A stretch of 64,000 nt of DNA, taken from Cyanophyceae cyanobacterium (GTDB lineage Bacteria > Cyanobacteriota > Cyanobacteriia > Cyanobacteriales > JBHJGN01). The notes under the pieces were generated by a model. The model worked only from the letters and a program-made list of their open reading frames with translations. It was not told where the DNA came from and made no database searches. This document shows, piece by piece, positions 28,571 through 38,765 of the stretch (position 1 is the first letter of the stretch; every line of letters starts with the position of its first letter). The DNA is taken from positions 46,515 to 110,514 of the forward strand of contig JBHJGN010000016.1 in the NCBI GenBank assembly GCA_050331735.1. The letters are read 5' to 3'. The translations under genes were made by a program, and so were the position numbers.

Positions 28571-30988
28571 CTATTGATGGTGGTCCTCGGACTGTTTGAG
28601 CGGGAGGCTGAAGATGATGGTGGTTCCTTGTCCAGGAGCGCTCTGAGCAAGAATGTCTCCGCGATGACGAGCAATAATTTTGCGACAGATTGCTAGACCT
28701 AAACCAGTGCCTTCGTACTGACTACTAGAATGCAGGCGATGGAAAGGCAAAAACACTTTTTGGTGGTATTGAGGATTAAAGCCAATGCCGTTGTCTTCAA
28801 TCGCAATGTGGCAGCGATCAGGGCTATGGAATTTACTGTTAGGGGAAGCGGGAAGCTGATAAATTTTGATCCGTGGAGCAACATGCGGCTGATGAAATTT
28901 CAAAGCATTGTTGAGCAGATTCTGAAACAGTTGACGCATTTGCAGCGCATCCGCTTCGAGGGTTGGTAGCTCATCGACTGCTACCTGTCCATCTGTCTTG
29001 GCGATTTCCGCTCCCAAATCGGAAACCACTTCTCGAACAATGGTGTTCAGATTCACGGTCGCAAAAGGCTGTACCTGAGTGGCAACGCGAGAAAAAGTCA
29101 GCAAATCTTTGATGAGAATCTGCATCCGATGAGTCAGCCTCCCCATGCGTTCAACATAGTCGCGCCCGTCGAAATCTAGCACTTCGCCATATTCCTCGAT
29201 GAAGATGTCGCTTAACATTTGATGCTTATATAGAGGAGCCAGCAAATCGTGAGACACAACGCTAGCAAATTCTTCTAAATCGCTGTTGCTGCGCTCCAGT
29301 TCGGCAACGAGATTCTCTGATTGAGATTCTACTCGCTTGCGCTGGCTAATATCCTGAATTTGAGAGACAAAATAGAGCGGTTGCGCCTCCGTATTTTGAA
29401 CCAGGGAAACGTTTAGTAACACCCACACGAGATGCCCTTGTTTGTGGATGTAGCGTTTCTCCATCTGATAGGTGCGAATGTCTCCCGCAAGCATCTGCTG
29501 CACGTAGGCAAGATCGATATCGAGATCGTCAGGATGAGTGAGGTCTTGAAACGTTTTTGCCAGCAGCTCTTTCGTGTCATAGCCCAATAGTTCGCATAAC
29601 GAGCGATTCACTCGCAAGAAGCGTCCGTCGGGAGCCACCAGTGCTTCTCCGGTGGCGGCATCGTCGAAGGCGCGACGAAAGCGTTCTTCGCTCTGGCGCA
29701 GTTGCTCTTCGACCTGCTTCATTTTAGTAATCTCTCGTCCTTCGGCAATGAGCCAGTTAACGTCGGTCTCTCCCACCGGACGCAGAGAAAAATCAATAGT
29801 AATAATCTGCTGATCGGCTCCCTGAACGTCCACTTCGTAGCGCACAAAGTTTCCTTGAGCAGCAGCGGCGATCGCCTCTTGCAGTCGCTCCTGAGCCTGA
29901 CGTGATATCCGCCACCAGTGAGCCTCCCAAAAGGGTTTACCCACCACATCTGAGCGCTGCATTCCCCCAAAGTCGAGAGCCGTTTGATTGACTTCTAACA
30001 GCAGTCCCTGCGGAGTCAGCAGCCCGATAAACTGAAACGTTTGATTAAATATAGCGCGAAAGCGGCGTTCGCTCGCTGACAGGGCACGGGTCATCTGCTG
30101 CTGCTGGCGGTCCAGCTCATTGAGTTTTCTAGCAACCCACCAGACAACCCACCCTAACAGCAATACCTCCACAATACTTCTGAGGGCAATGCCAAAATCT
30201 GCTCCATAGAAATTGTGGCGCAATCCCAACAGCACTAGCCAGCCGACAATCACTGGCATCCCTAAAACAATGGGGAGAAAGGTCCGGGCCATAATGCCTC
30301 CGGCTGCGTCGGTGGTGATCACTCTCATCCATCCTCGCTCCGGGTAGGTTCCTAACAGCGCCAGAGCGAGCAACACAAAATTGATTCCAGTAGGAATGGC
30401 CATCCCGGTGTAGGAATCGATACCGTAGAGGATCGTGAGGTCGTAAGCATGACCGACGAGACCCAAGAACGCAATCAGAAAAACGAGGTAAGCTAAACTC
30501 TGAGCAGCCCAGTAGCGCTGTCGGGTCAGCAACACGACTGCTGCACTCCACAAGAGAAAGTTGCTCGCCGTATTCGGAGCCATCTGACCCCGTGCTGTCT
30601 TGGCGATCGCCTCAGAAGAGCGAAAGAGAACTTCCTCGATGCCTAGATTGATATTTAAGGTGTACTGAATCAGGGTCAGCAGGCTCAAGAACACCACGCC
30701 AGCAGGAAGTGCGTAAACGAGCGGAAATAAATGGCGGTGTCTGCTGCTCTGGTGACGGACTTGGTGCTGATACCTCCCCAAAAACAAGCTGCTGCTGATA
30801 AAACTGAAGGCGGTACTGACGGCCATCGTTACCCGTTCCGGCAGAAAGCTTGTTAAAACGGCCACATCAAAGAGCCAGCCCAACAGCACCAAGCAGCTTA
30901 TCCCCAATACCACAAAACAGGCCGCGTGAGCCGCAAACATCAGCTTGCTGTTCAAGGAATCGACGGTTGACGGGGTTTGCTTAGACAT
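28571..30988 (-). CDS. membrane sensor histidine kinase with two PAS/PAC domains
   Basis: Multiple N-terminal TM helices, PAS 'FRAIFNQTFQFIGLL' and 'FRRAFDDA...THPDD', H-box FASVVSHDLLAPL, QNLLNNALKF, DNGIG, GTGLGLAIC. Confidence 0.92.
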   Translation of the reverse strand: MSKQTPSTVDSLNSKLMFAAHAACFVVLGISCLVLLGWLFDVAVLTSFLPERVTMAVSTAFSFISSSLFLGRYQHQVRHQSSRHRHLFPLVYALPAGVVFLSLLTLIQYTLNINLGIEEVLFRSSEAIAKTARGQMAPNTASNFLLWSAAVVLLTRQRYWAAQSLAYLVFLIAFLGLVGHAYDLTILYGIDSYTGMAIPTGINFVLLALALLGTYPERGWMRVITTDAAGGIMARTFLPIVLGMPVIVGWLVLLGLRHNFYGADFGIALRSIVEVLLLGWVVWWVARKLNELDRQQQQMTRALSASERRFRAIFNQTFQFIGLLTPQGLLLEVNQTALDFGGMQRSDVVGKPFWEAHWWRISRQAQERLQEAIAAAAQGNFVRYEVDVQGADQQIITIDFSLRPVGETDVNWLIAEGREITKMKQVEEQLRQSEERFRRAFDDAATGEALVAPDGRFLRVNRSLCELLGYDTKELLAKTFQDLTHPDDLDIDLAYVQQMLAGDIRTYQMEKRYIHKQGHLVWVLLNVSLVQNTEAQPLYFVSQIQDISQRKRVESQSENLVAELERSNSDLEEFASVVSHDLLAPLYKHQMLSDIFIEEYGEVLDFDGRDYVERMGRLTHRMQILIKDLLTFSRVATQVQPFATVNLNTIVREVVSDLGAEIAKTDGQVAVDELPTLEADALQMRQLFQNLLNNALKFHQPHVAPRIKIYQLPASPNSKFHSPDRCHIAIEDNGIGFNPQYHQKVFLPFHRLHSSSQYEGTGLGLAICRKIIARHRGDILAQSAPGQGTTIIFSLPLKQSEDHHQ

Positions 30989-31134
30989 CAGTGCCAGTGA
31001 AGGCTGCTTTCTCTATTGTCCAACATCCTTTTCCAGATTGGCTTCTCAAAAAGCGCTCGCCCCTTTTGCCTGGATATAAATAGTTCAACAGCTTTCGATC
31101 TATCCTAAGACATATTAATATTCTCTAACTCTAG

Positions 31135-31305
31135 AGAGAGCAGCGGCTCACTTTTGCAATGGAAGACTTCAGCCAAGCCCTCATTAGCAAATGTGTAGAT
31201 TCGTTTCGCCTTCAGCAAATTGTCTCAAATTTAGTCGGTAACGCGATCCGTTACACCGACTCAGGAGCAGTAACCGTTGAGCGTCTAGTCCGCCCGCGAG
31301 CTTAG
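31135..31305 (+). pseudogene. fragment of a histidine kinase HATPase domain
   Basis: Translates as ...DSFRLQQIVSNLVGNAIRYTDSGAVTV (N-box), bounded by in-frame stops; no H-box or G-boxes. Confidence 0.6.
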
Positions 31306-31385
31306 TCGTTCAGTTCTACTGAAAGTAGGATGAAGCAACGATGATTTATTCCCACAATAAAGGCGATACGATCGCTTTTATTGCT

Positions 31386-31541
31386 ATGGACCCCCAAACT
31401 CAGAAAGAAGATATCAACGCTAGACCTGTTCTCACTCCAGACAAAACGCCCTCTTGGAAGTTTGGCATTACTTTAACAGTGGTCGTCGCGCTGCCTCTCC
31501 TCATCATCGCTGGATTTTACTTTGGTCTTTTTAACCTGTGA
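31386..31541 (+). CDS. small membrane protein
   Basis: 51 aa with one C-terminal TM helix; alternative start at 31341. Confidence 0.55.
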   Translation: MDPQTQKEDINARPVLTPDKTPSWKFGITLTVVVALPLLIIAGFYFGLFNL

Positions 31542-31669
31542 TCCGGCTGAAGGAGTGAAGCGCGGCTAGGGGCATGAGACACAAGTTAGCAAACGCAGAC
31601 AAACAGCGATAACTGCGGTCAGAACCTATACAATATTTGGGACTGAAATATCATTCCCGGTGATAGTCT

Positions 31670-34600
31670 ATGCCCCGCCGCGACGATCTGCACAAAATTT
31701 TGCTTCTCGGTTCTGGTCCCATCGTGATCGGCCAAGCCTGCGAATTTGACTACTCTGGAACCCAAGCCTGTAAAGCCCTGCGAGAAGAAGGATATGAGGT
31801 GGTGCTGGTTAATTCTAACCCGGCCTCAATTATGACTGACCCGGAAATGGCGGATCGAACCTACATCGAACCGCTGACTCCGGATATCGTTGAAAAAATC
31901 ATCGCCAAAGAACGACCCGATGCTCTGCTGCCGACGATGGGCGGACAGACAGCGCTGAACGTTGCTGTCACTCTCGCCAAACAAGGTGTACTGGACCGCT
32001 ACAAAGTCGATCTGATTGGAGCCAAGCTTGGGGCCATCGAAATGGCCGAGGATCGTCAGCTCTTTAAAGAAGCGATGGCGCGGATTAGCATACCAGTGTG
32101 CCCTTCAGGAATCGCGAGTAGTTGGGACGAAGCCAAGGCGATCGCCCAAGTCATCGGCTCCTACCCCTTAATTATTCGGCCCGCCTTTACCCTCGGCGGC
32201 AGCGGCGGCGGCATTGCCTACAACCAGGAGGAGTTCGAGGAAATTGCTCAGCTTGGGCTAGATGCCTCTCCGGTTTCCCAGATTTTAGTGGAAAAGTCTC
32301 TGCTGGGGTGGAAAGAGTACGAACTAGAGGTGATGAGGGATCTGGCCGATAACGTGGTGATTATCTGCTCGATCGAAAACGTCGATCCGATGGGCGTACA
32401 TACCGGAGACTCGATTACCGTGGCCCCGGCTCAAACCCTAACCGATAAAGAGTATCAGCGACTGCGGGATGCGTCTCAGAAAATCATCCGCGAGATTGGA
32501 GTCGAAACGGGTGGCTCGAACATTCAGTTTGCCGTGAACCCCGTTAACGGCGAAATCGTGGTGATTGAAATGAACCCACGGGTGTCTCGCTCCTCGGCCC
32601 TCGCCTCGAAAGCAACGGGATTTCCCATTGCTAAGTTTGCCGCTAAGTTGGCTGTAGGCTACACCCTCAGCGAAATCAACAACGACATTACTAAAAAAAC
32701 GCCCGCTTCGTTTGAGCCAACCATCGATTATGTCGTCACGAAAGTGCCCCGCTTTGCCTTCGAGAAATTCCCCGGCACCAAAGCCATCTTGACCACGCAG
32801 ATGAAGTCCGTCGGAGAAGCGATGGCGATTGGACGCACCTTCCAGGAATCCTTTCAAAAAGCCCTCCGCTCCCTCGAAACGGGTCGCTACGGCTTCGGGT
32901 GCGATCGCGCCCAAACCCTGCCGTCTCTGGGGCAAATCCGCTCTCAGTTGCGCACCCCAAATCCAGAACGCATCTTTACGATTCACCAGGCGCTCCGGTT
33001 GGGAATGTCGGTAGAGGAAATCCACGAACTGACCGCCATCGATCTTTGGTTTTTAGACAAACTGGCGGAATTACTGGAAACGGAAAAATTCCTCAAGCGC
33101 ACTTCCCTCAAGCAGATTACCGGAGAGCAGATGCGCTCTATTAAACAGCAGGGATTTTCCGATCATCAGATTGCCTTTGCCACTAAAACCGGCGAAGACG
33201 AAGTCCGCTCGACCCGTAAACAATTGGGAGTCGTGCCAGTTTACAAAGTAGTCGATACCTGCGCTGCCGAATTTGAAGCCTTTACACCCTACTACTACTC
33301 CACCTACGAACCGGAAGAATCAGAAGTCACGCCCTCGGATAAACGAAAAGTGATGATCCTCGGCGGTGGTCCCAACCGCATCGGTCAAGGCATCGAGTTC
33401 GACTACTGCTGCTGCCATGCCGCCTTTGCCCTCAGCGATGCCGGATTTGAAACCATTATGGTCAACTCTAACCCCGAAACGGTTTCGACCGACTACGATA
33501 CGAGCGATCGCCTCTACTTTGAACCCCTCACGAGGGAGGACGTGCTTAACATTATTGAAGTCGAAAATCCGGAAGGCATTATTATTCAGTTTGGGGGGCA
33601 AACGCCCCTCAAGCTAGCCGTGCCGCTAGAAAACTATCTCAACGCACCCGAGGGCCAGGTCCATACCAAAATTTGGGGAACCGCTCCCGACTCCATTGAT
33701 GCCGCAGAAGATCGCGAACGCTTCGAGAAAATCCTCCGAGAACTCGACATCAAGCAGCCGCCCAACGGCATTGCCCGCAGCTACGAGGAAGCGTTGGCAA
33801 TATCGGGGCGCATCGGCTATCCGATCGTCGTGCGTCCCTCCTACGTCCTCGGCGGCAGGGCGATGGAAATTGTCTACTCCGACGAAGAGCTACAGCGCTA
33901 CATCACCTACGCCGTTGAAGTCGAGCCAGAACATCCCATTCTCATCGATAAGTTTCTGGAAAACGCCATTGAGGTCGATGTCGATGCCCTCGCTGACCAA
34001 ACTGGGCAAGTCGTCATCGGCGGCATTATGGAACACATCGAGCAAGCAGGGGTTCATTCTGGAGATTCGGCCTGCTCCATTCCCTACACCTCTCTGTCTG
34101 CCTCCATTGATACAATTCGTCGGTGGACTGAACAGCTCGCCCGAGCGTTAAAAGTGGTGGGATTAATGAATATTCAGTACGCGGTGCAGGGCGAACAGGT
34201 GTATATTCTAGAAGCGAACCCCCGCGCCTCTCGCACTGTTCCCTACGTTTCCAAAGCGACCGGAGTGCCGCTGGCCAAGCTAGCCTCTCAAATCATGTCT
34301 GGTAAAACGCTGAAGTCGCTAGGAGTGACTCATGAGCCCGTGCTTGAGCATATCGCGGTCAAAGAGGCCGTACTCCCGTTCAGTAAATTTCCCGGTTCCG
34401 ATACGCTGCTGGGTCCAGAAATGCGCTCAACCGGGGAAGTAATGGGCATTGATACCGAGTTTGGGCGGGCCTTTGCCAAGGCTGAAATTGCGGCAGGGGT
34501 AGATTTAGCGCTGGAGGGCACGGTGTTTGTATCGATGAGCGATCGCGATAAAGCAGCAGCGGTGCCCGTTGTTAAAGACCTCATTGACCTTGGATTCACA

Positions 34601-34915
34601 ATCGTCGCCACCTCCGGTACGCGACAGGTTCTCCAGGAAAACGGCATCGCTGACATTGAACTAGTTCTGAAGCTCCACGAAGGTCGTCCCCACGTGATCG
34701 ACTGGATCAAAAACGAGCAGATTCAGCTCATCATCAATACGCCTTCCGGGGAAGAATCTCAAACCGATGGCCGGAAAATTCGCCGTACTGCCCTCGACTA
34801 CAAGCTCCCCATCGTCACCACCATTGCCGGAGCCAAAGCAACGGTAGCCGCCATCCGCTCATTGCAGTCTCAGCCGTTAGAGGTAAAAGCGTTGCAGGAT
34901 TATATTATGCCGTAG
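31670..34915 (+). CDS. carB: carbamoyl-phosphate synthase large subunit
   Basis: [47 protein letters not shown]-terminal MGS domain. Confidence 0.98.
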   Translation: MPRRDDLHKILLLGSGPIVIGQACEFDYSGTQACKALREEGYEVVLVNSNPASIMTDPEMADRTYIEPLTPDIVEKIIAKERPDALLPTMGGQTALNVAVTLAKQGVLDRYKVDLIGAKLGAIEMAEDRQLFKEAMARISIPVCPSGIASSWDEAKAIAQVIGSYPLIIRPAFTLGGSGGGIAYNQEEFEEIAQLGLDASPVSQILVEKSLLGWKEYELEVMRDLADNVVIICSIENVDPMGVHTGDSITVAPAQTLTDKEYQRLRDASQKIIREIGVETGGSNIQFAVNPVNGEIVVIEMNPRVSRSSALASKATGFPIAKFAAKLAVGYTLSEINNDITKKTPASFEPTIDYVVTKVPRFAFEKFPGTKAILTTQMKSVGEAMAIGRTFQESFQKALRSLETGRYGFGCDRAQTLPSLGQIRSQLRTPNPERIFTIHQALRLGMSVEEIHELTAIDLWFLDKLAELLETEKFLKRTSLKQITGEQMRSIKQQGFSDHQIAFATKTGEDEVRSTRKQLGVVPVYKVVDTCAAEFEAFTPYYYSTYEPEESEVTPSDKRKVMILGGGPNRIGQGIEFDYCCCHAAFALSDAGFETIMVNSNPETVSTDYDTSDRLYFEPLTREDVLNIIEVENPEGIIIQFGGQTPLKLAVPLENYLNAPEGQVHTKIWGTAPDSIDAAEDRERFEKILRELDIKQPPNGIARSYEEALAISGRIGYPIVVRPSYVLGGRAMEIVYSDEELQRYITYAVEVEPEHPILIDKFLENAIEVDVDALADQTGQVVIGGIMEHIEQAGVHSGDSACSIPYTSLSASIDTIRRWTEQLARALKVVGLMNIQYAVQGEQVYILEANPRASRTVPYVSKATGVPLAKLASQIMSGKTLKSLGVTHEPVLEHIAVKEAVLPFSKFPGSDTLLGPEMRSTGEVMGIDTEFGRAFAKAEIAAGVDLALEGTVFVSMSDRDKAAAVPVVKDLIDLGFTIVATSGTRQVLQENGIADIELVLKLHEGRPHVIDWIKNEQIQLIINTPSGEESQTDGRKIRRTALDYKLPIVTTIAGAKATVAAIRSLQSQPLEVKALQDYIMP

Positions 34916-35119
34916 GCGCGGGAAAAGGGGAAAGGAAAACGAATCCAGTTGTTGGAAAAGTTGAATTGGCTTGACTATCCCAGAGGAAACGTCGCGATCG
35001 CCGCTGACTGCTAACAGCAGCCGCTCTCGCGGAGAGAGCACCCGAAGGGCCGGTCAATGTTGATCTGGTGTTCTCTTCCGTCCTGGAAAGATTTCCCTTT
35101 TCCCTACGCCTACGGCGCT
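34915..35119. repeat. dispersed G/C-rich repeat with inverted arms
   Basis: gcgcgggaaaaggggaaagg on the left, ttcccttttccctacgcctacggcgct on the right. Confidence 0.55.
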
Positions 35120-35384
35120 ACTCCTCAATAATTCTATGATGAGCTGAGTGATGGTCTTGATGGCGCTCGAGGGAGTCTGGAGCATTGGCGTTGATAGCGG
35201 CTTCAATCACGGATAGGCGCTGCTCGATCTCTGTTAGTCTTTCTTGATAGGAAGAGAGTCCGAGGTAACTCTTCAACGCTTCGATGACTATCTCTGACTT
35301 TGACTGCCCGGTTTCGTGTACGCGAGCGGTCATCGCCTCGTTCAGTTCGGTCGGGATTCTGACGCCGATAAATGGGTTTGGCAT
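35118..35384 (-). CDS. ribbon-helix-helix (CopG-like) DNA-binding protein
   Basis: IGVRIPTELNEAM...GQSKSEIVIEALKSYL followed by a coiled coil. Confidence 0.7.
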   Translation of the reverse strand: MPNPFIGVRIPTELNEAMTARVHETGQSKSEIVIEALKSYLGLSSYQERLTEIEQRLSVIEAAINANAPDSLERHQDHHSAHHRIIEE

Positions 35385-35682
35385 ATCATCAGTCCCACTA
35401 CTGCCTAACATTTACTCTTTGAAGATCGTATCAGCCATTGACGATCGGCAGAATGCTTCTAAATATGAATTTAAATTAAATTCATTTACATAAAAGCAAG
35501 AACTCAAAAATCTGTATACGAAACTTAATATAATTCTGGATAGCCGCTTTTCTGGGAACGAAAGACTGTTGAGTGCTCAGACGAGTGGGTATCCGCAGGG
35601 TTCAATGAATATTTTTGTTATCATATTGATAATAATTCCACATTTTCTAGCTGAGGATCAAAACTAATCTAAGGAACAAGAC

Positions 35683-36408
35683 GTGGAACACCTGGAAAAA
35701 ATCCTGGTGGTGGACGATGAGTCTGCCGTCTGTCGAATTTTAAAAACTCGCCTGTCTATGGTTGGCTATGAGGTTGTTACGGCTGGTGACGGTCAACAGG
35801 CACTGCAAGCTTTTTCTGAAGAAAACCCCGATTTAATTGTGTTAGACGTAATGATGCCTCACGGAGACGGTTATTACGTCTGTCAGGAGATTAGAAAACA
35901 CTCTGACGTTCCCATTATTATGCTAACTGCCCTGGCCGATGTTGCCGATCGCATTACGGGGCTTCAGTTTGGAGCGGATGATTATCTGATTAAGCCGTTT
36001 TCTCCCAAAGAGCTGGAGGCTCGCATCAATTCGATCCTGCGTCGGGTGCGCAAGCGTCCGGCTGAGCTGTACGAATCTGGAGTCGTTCAGGTTGGTAACT
36101 TGCAGCTCGACAACAATCGGCGACGAGCTACCCTCGGCGATCGCCAACTACAGTTAACCGACCTAGAGTTTAATCTCCTTCAGCTTCTGGTCAGTCATTC
36201 CGGAGCCGCCATTAGCCGCGCCGATATCTTAACCGCGATTTGGGGCTACGTGCCCAAGCGACATCGAGATCTGAGGATTGTAGACGTTTATATTTCTAGG
36301 CTACGGGCCAAAATTGAAGCCGACCCCAAGCAGCCAGAGTTTATTATTACCGAGCGCGGCACTGGCTACTTATTTCGACGGATAGCCGAAGCACCGGAGT
36401 TGGTCTAG
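35683..36408 (+). CDS. OmpR-family response regulator, RpaB-like paralog
   Basis: EKILVVDDE..RILKTRLSMVGY, LDVMMP, DVADRITGL, KPFSPKELEARI, VDVYISRLRAK, RGTGYLF; close to but clearly diverged from RpaB. Confidence 0.85.
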   Translation: MEHLEKILVVDDESAVCRILKTRLSMVGYEVVTAGDGQQALQAFSEENPDLIVLDVMMPHGDGYYVCQEIRKHSDVPIIMLTALADVADRITGLQFGADDYLIKPFSPKELEARINSILRRVRKRPAELYESGVVQVGNLQLDNNRRRATLGDRQLQLTDLEFNLLQLLVSHSGAAISRADILTAIWGYVPKRHRDLRIVDVYISRLRAKIEADPKQPEFIITERGTGYLFRRIAEAPELV

Positions 36409-36416
36409 GTTGATGG

Positions 36417-37469
36417 TTAATGGTGGACTGGCTCAGTCTCGTACAGTGTCATGACTTCTGTAATGGGGAGTCGAGATTGAACGCCCAGCGAGAGTGAGGA
36501 AGTATGACCGCGATTGAGATGGTCAGCCGCCGCACAGCCAATCATAGCGGCGTTGTCTGTACACAGAGAAAGAGGCGGGAAATGAACGCTGAGATGATGA
36601 GCAGCAGCAGCGGACTGGAGATGGTGTCTTAAACCGCTGTTGGCGGCTACGCCACCGCCGACGGCAATTGCCTTTACACCATAGTCGAGGGCGCAGGCAA
36701 TGGTTTTGTTGGTGAGCGATCGCGCGACCGTCTCCTGAAAACTAGCAGCGAGATCGCTCACCGGTACGTTGTTCTCTGGGAGAGCCTGCACCAGCCGCAG
36801 CACCGCTGTTTTTAAGCCACTAAAGCTAGAATCGTAGGGATGATAGCCACCGCCGGGAAGAGAAATTTTGCCTTCTGGCAGGGCAAAGGCTTGAGGGTTG
36901 CCCGACTGAGCGAGGCGATCGATCGCGGGTCCGCCAGGATATCCCAAATCCAGCAGCCGCGCTACTTTGTCAAATGCTTCCCCGGCAGCATCATCGCGAG
37001 TTGCTCCAAGCTGACTATACACCCCACAGTCCTTGACGTAAATTAGGCTAGTATGTCCGCCGGAGACTAACAAACACAAGAAAGGCGGCTCTAGCTGGGG
37101 CTGACTAAGATAGGAGGCATAGATGTGTCCTTCTAGGTGGTGAATGCCGACAAAGGGTTTGTCGTGAACAATCGCTAAGGTTTTAGCGGCACTCGCTCCC
37201 GCCATTAAGGCTCCTACCAAACCAGGAGCGACCGTGGCCGCAATGCCGTCGATTTCTGACCAGTCACAATTAGCTTCTACAAGGGCTTGAGCAAGGCAGT
37301 GATTAATGGTTTCTACATGCTGGCGCGAGGCGATCTCAGGAACTACCCCTCCGTACTGGCGGTGAACGTTAATCTGCGAGGCCACAATACTGCACCGAAC
37401 TGCCCTGTCTTGAACAATGGCGACGGCTGTTTCATCGCAACTGGTTTCTATGGCTAGGATGGTTGCCAT
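36417..37469 (-). CDS. tsaD: tRNA threonylcarbamoyladenosine biosynthesis protein TsaD
   Basis: [44 protein letters not shown]. Confidence 0.97.
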   Translation of the reverse strand: MATILAIETSCDETAVAIVQDRAVRCSIVASQINVHRQYGGVVPEIASRQHVETINHCLAQALVEANCDWSEIDGIAATVAPGLVGALMAGASAAKTLAIVHDKPFVGIHHLEGHIYASYLSQPQLEPPFLCLLVSGGHTSLIYVKDCGVYSQLGATRDDAAGEAFDKVARLLDLGYPGGPAIDRLAQSGNPQAFALPEGKISLPGGGYHPYDSSFSGLKTAVLRLVQALPENNVPVSDLAASFQETVARSLTNKTIACALDYGVKAIAVGGGVAANSGLRHHLQSAAAAHHLSVHFPPLSLCTDNAAMIGCAAADHLNRGHTSSLSLGVQSRLPITEVMTLYETEPVHH

Positions 37470-37618
37470 TTTATTTTCTAGTTTGCTACAAAATACAACT
37501 TTATAGTTACTTAATCTTTACTGAGATCCCGCCTCAGAGTAAGATTGCTTCGTGTACAGATGAAGATTTCGTTTTTGTACAAAAAACTTTTTCTTTTGTA
37601 ATAAAAGGAAACAAATTT

Positions 37619-38131
37619 ATGCGACGATTGTTGGCTTTAGTAACAGTATTCATGCTGTGGTTTGGTTTAGTCTCTAGTGCTTATGCCGAACCAGTTAATG
37701 ATGTTGGTTTGCAGCGGCTCGTTCCCTGTAGCGAATCTCCAGCTTACCAGGAACGGGCAAAGAACTTCCGCAACACCATTGGCGATCCCCAGTCTGGTCA
37801 GAAAAGAGCAGAGCGATACGCCAAGCAGCTTTGCGGTCCAGAGGGTTTGCCCTATCTGGTTGTCGATGGCCGTCCCGGTAGTGCCGGAGACTTCATCGTT
37901 CCTAGTTTAATCTTTCTCTACATCGCTGGCTGGATCGGTTGGGTTGGCCGGTCTTACATTATCGATGTCCGAGATGATAAGAACCCCGAAATGAAAGAAA
38001 TTCAGATCGATGTTCCGTTAGCGTTGACGAAGATGTTTAGTGGCTTCCTCTGGCCCGTAGCCGCCGTTCAGGAACTTTTGTCTGGAGAATTAACGGCCAA
38101 AGAAACCGAAATTCCGGTTTCCCCCCGCTAG
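37619..38131 (+). CDS. psaF: photosystem I subunit III
   Basis: Signal peptide [44 protein letters not shown]. Confidence 0.95.
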   Translation: MRRLLALVTVFMLWFGLVSSAYAEPVNDVGLQRLVPCSESPAYQERAKNFRNTIGDPQSGQKRAERYAKQLCGPEGLPYLVVDGRPGSAGDFIVPSLIFLYIAGWIGWVGRSYIIDVRDDKNPEMKEIQIDVPLALTKMFSGFLWPVAAVQELLSGELTAKETEIPVSPR

Positions 38132-38175
38132 GCTTAGCTCTAGCTCAGCATTGCAAATATATTGGAGAATAATTG

Positions 38176-38304
38176 ATGGAGAATTTTACCAAGTTTCTTT
38201 CTAACGCCCCGGTGCTGCTGTTTGCCTTCCTCTCTGTGCAGGCAGTGTTGTTAATTTTTATTAACTGGTTCTTGCCCGATCGCCTATTTTTTACCCTGAA
38301 CTAA
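38176..38304 (+). CDS. psaJ: photosystem I subunit IX (not in ORF track)
   Basis: MENFTKFLSNAPVL...INWFLPDRLF, GGAG RBS, directly after psaF. Confidence 0.88.
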   Translation: MENFTKFLSNAPVLLFAFLSVQAVLLIFINWFLPDRLFFTLN

Positions 38305-38338
38305 CTTGCTGATTTCCCAGTCTGGGACTGATCGGCTC

Positions 38339-38369
38339 AAAAAAGCTCGCGTTTTGGCGCGGGTTTTTT
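38339..38369. terminator. bidirectional terminator after psaJ
   Basis: aaaaaa-gctcgcgt-tttg-gcgcgggt-ttttt. Confidence 0.6.
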
Positions 38370-38429
38370 ATTTCCGAAAATTTCACAATGGCTGAATATA
38401 CTCTACCTTTACGAAACAGTTTTTCAAAA

Positions 38430-38615
38430 ATGAGCTATCAAAAAGGCGATCGCGTCAGAATTACGACGGGTATTTTGAGAGGTCAGGTCGGAGAAATCGC
38501 TGATTGCCGGTTCAATCTTTACTTTGTCAGAGCAGAATACACCAGAGAAGCTGATCTGATTCACTCCTACGGTCCGTTCCTCAATGAGGATATTGAACTT
38601 TTACAGAAAGCTTAG
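38430..38615 (+). CDS. small KOW/SH3-like hypothetical protein
   Basis: YQKGDRVRITTGILRGQVGEI is KOW-like. Confidence 0.5.
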   Translation: MSYQKGDRVRITTGILRGQVGEIADCRFNLYFVRAEYTREADLIHSYGPFLNEDIELLQKA

Positions 38616-38765
38616 ATTTGTTGACCAAGTTAAGCTTTTAATGGCAATCAGCTTGGCTCGTGCTGGAAACACTAATTTTCTGAGCGAATACCGCCAATTG
38701 GGGCATTGCTCCTCTAAAATGACAGGGAGGATTCGTTGCGACCGGGCGTACAGCGATTTCAAGCT

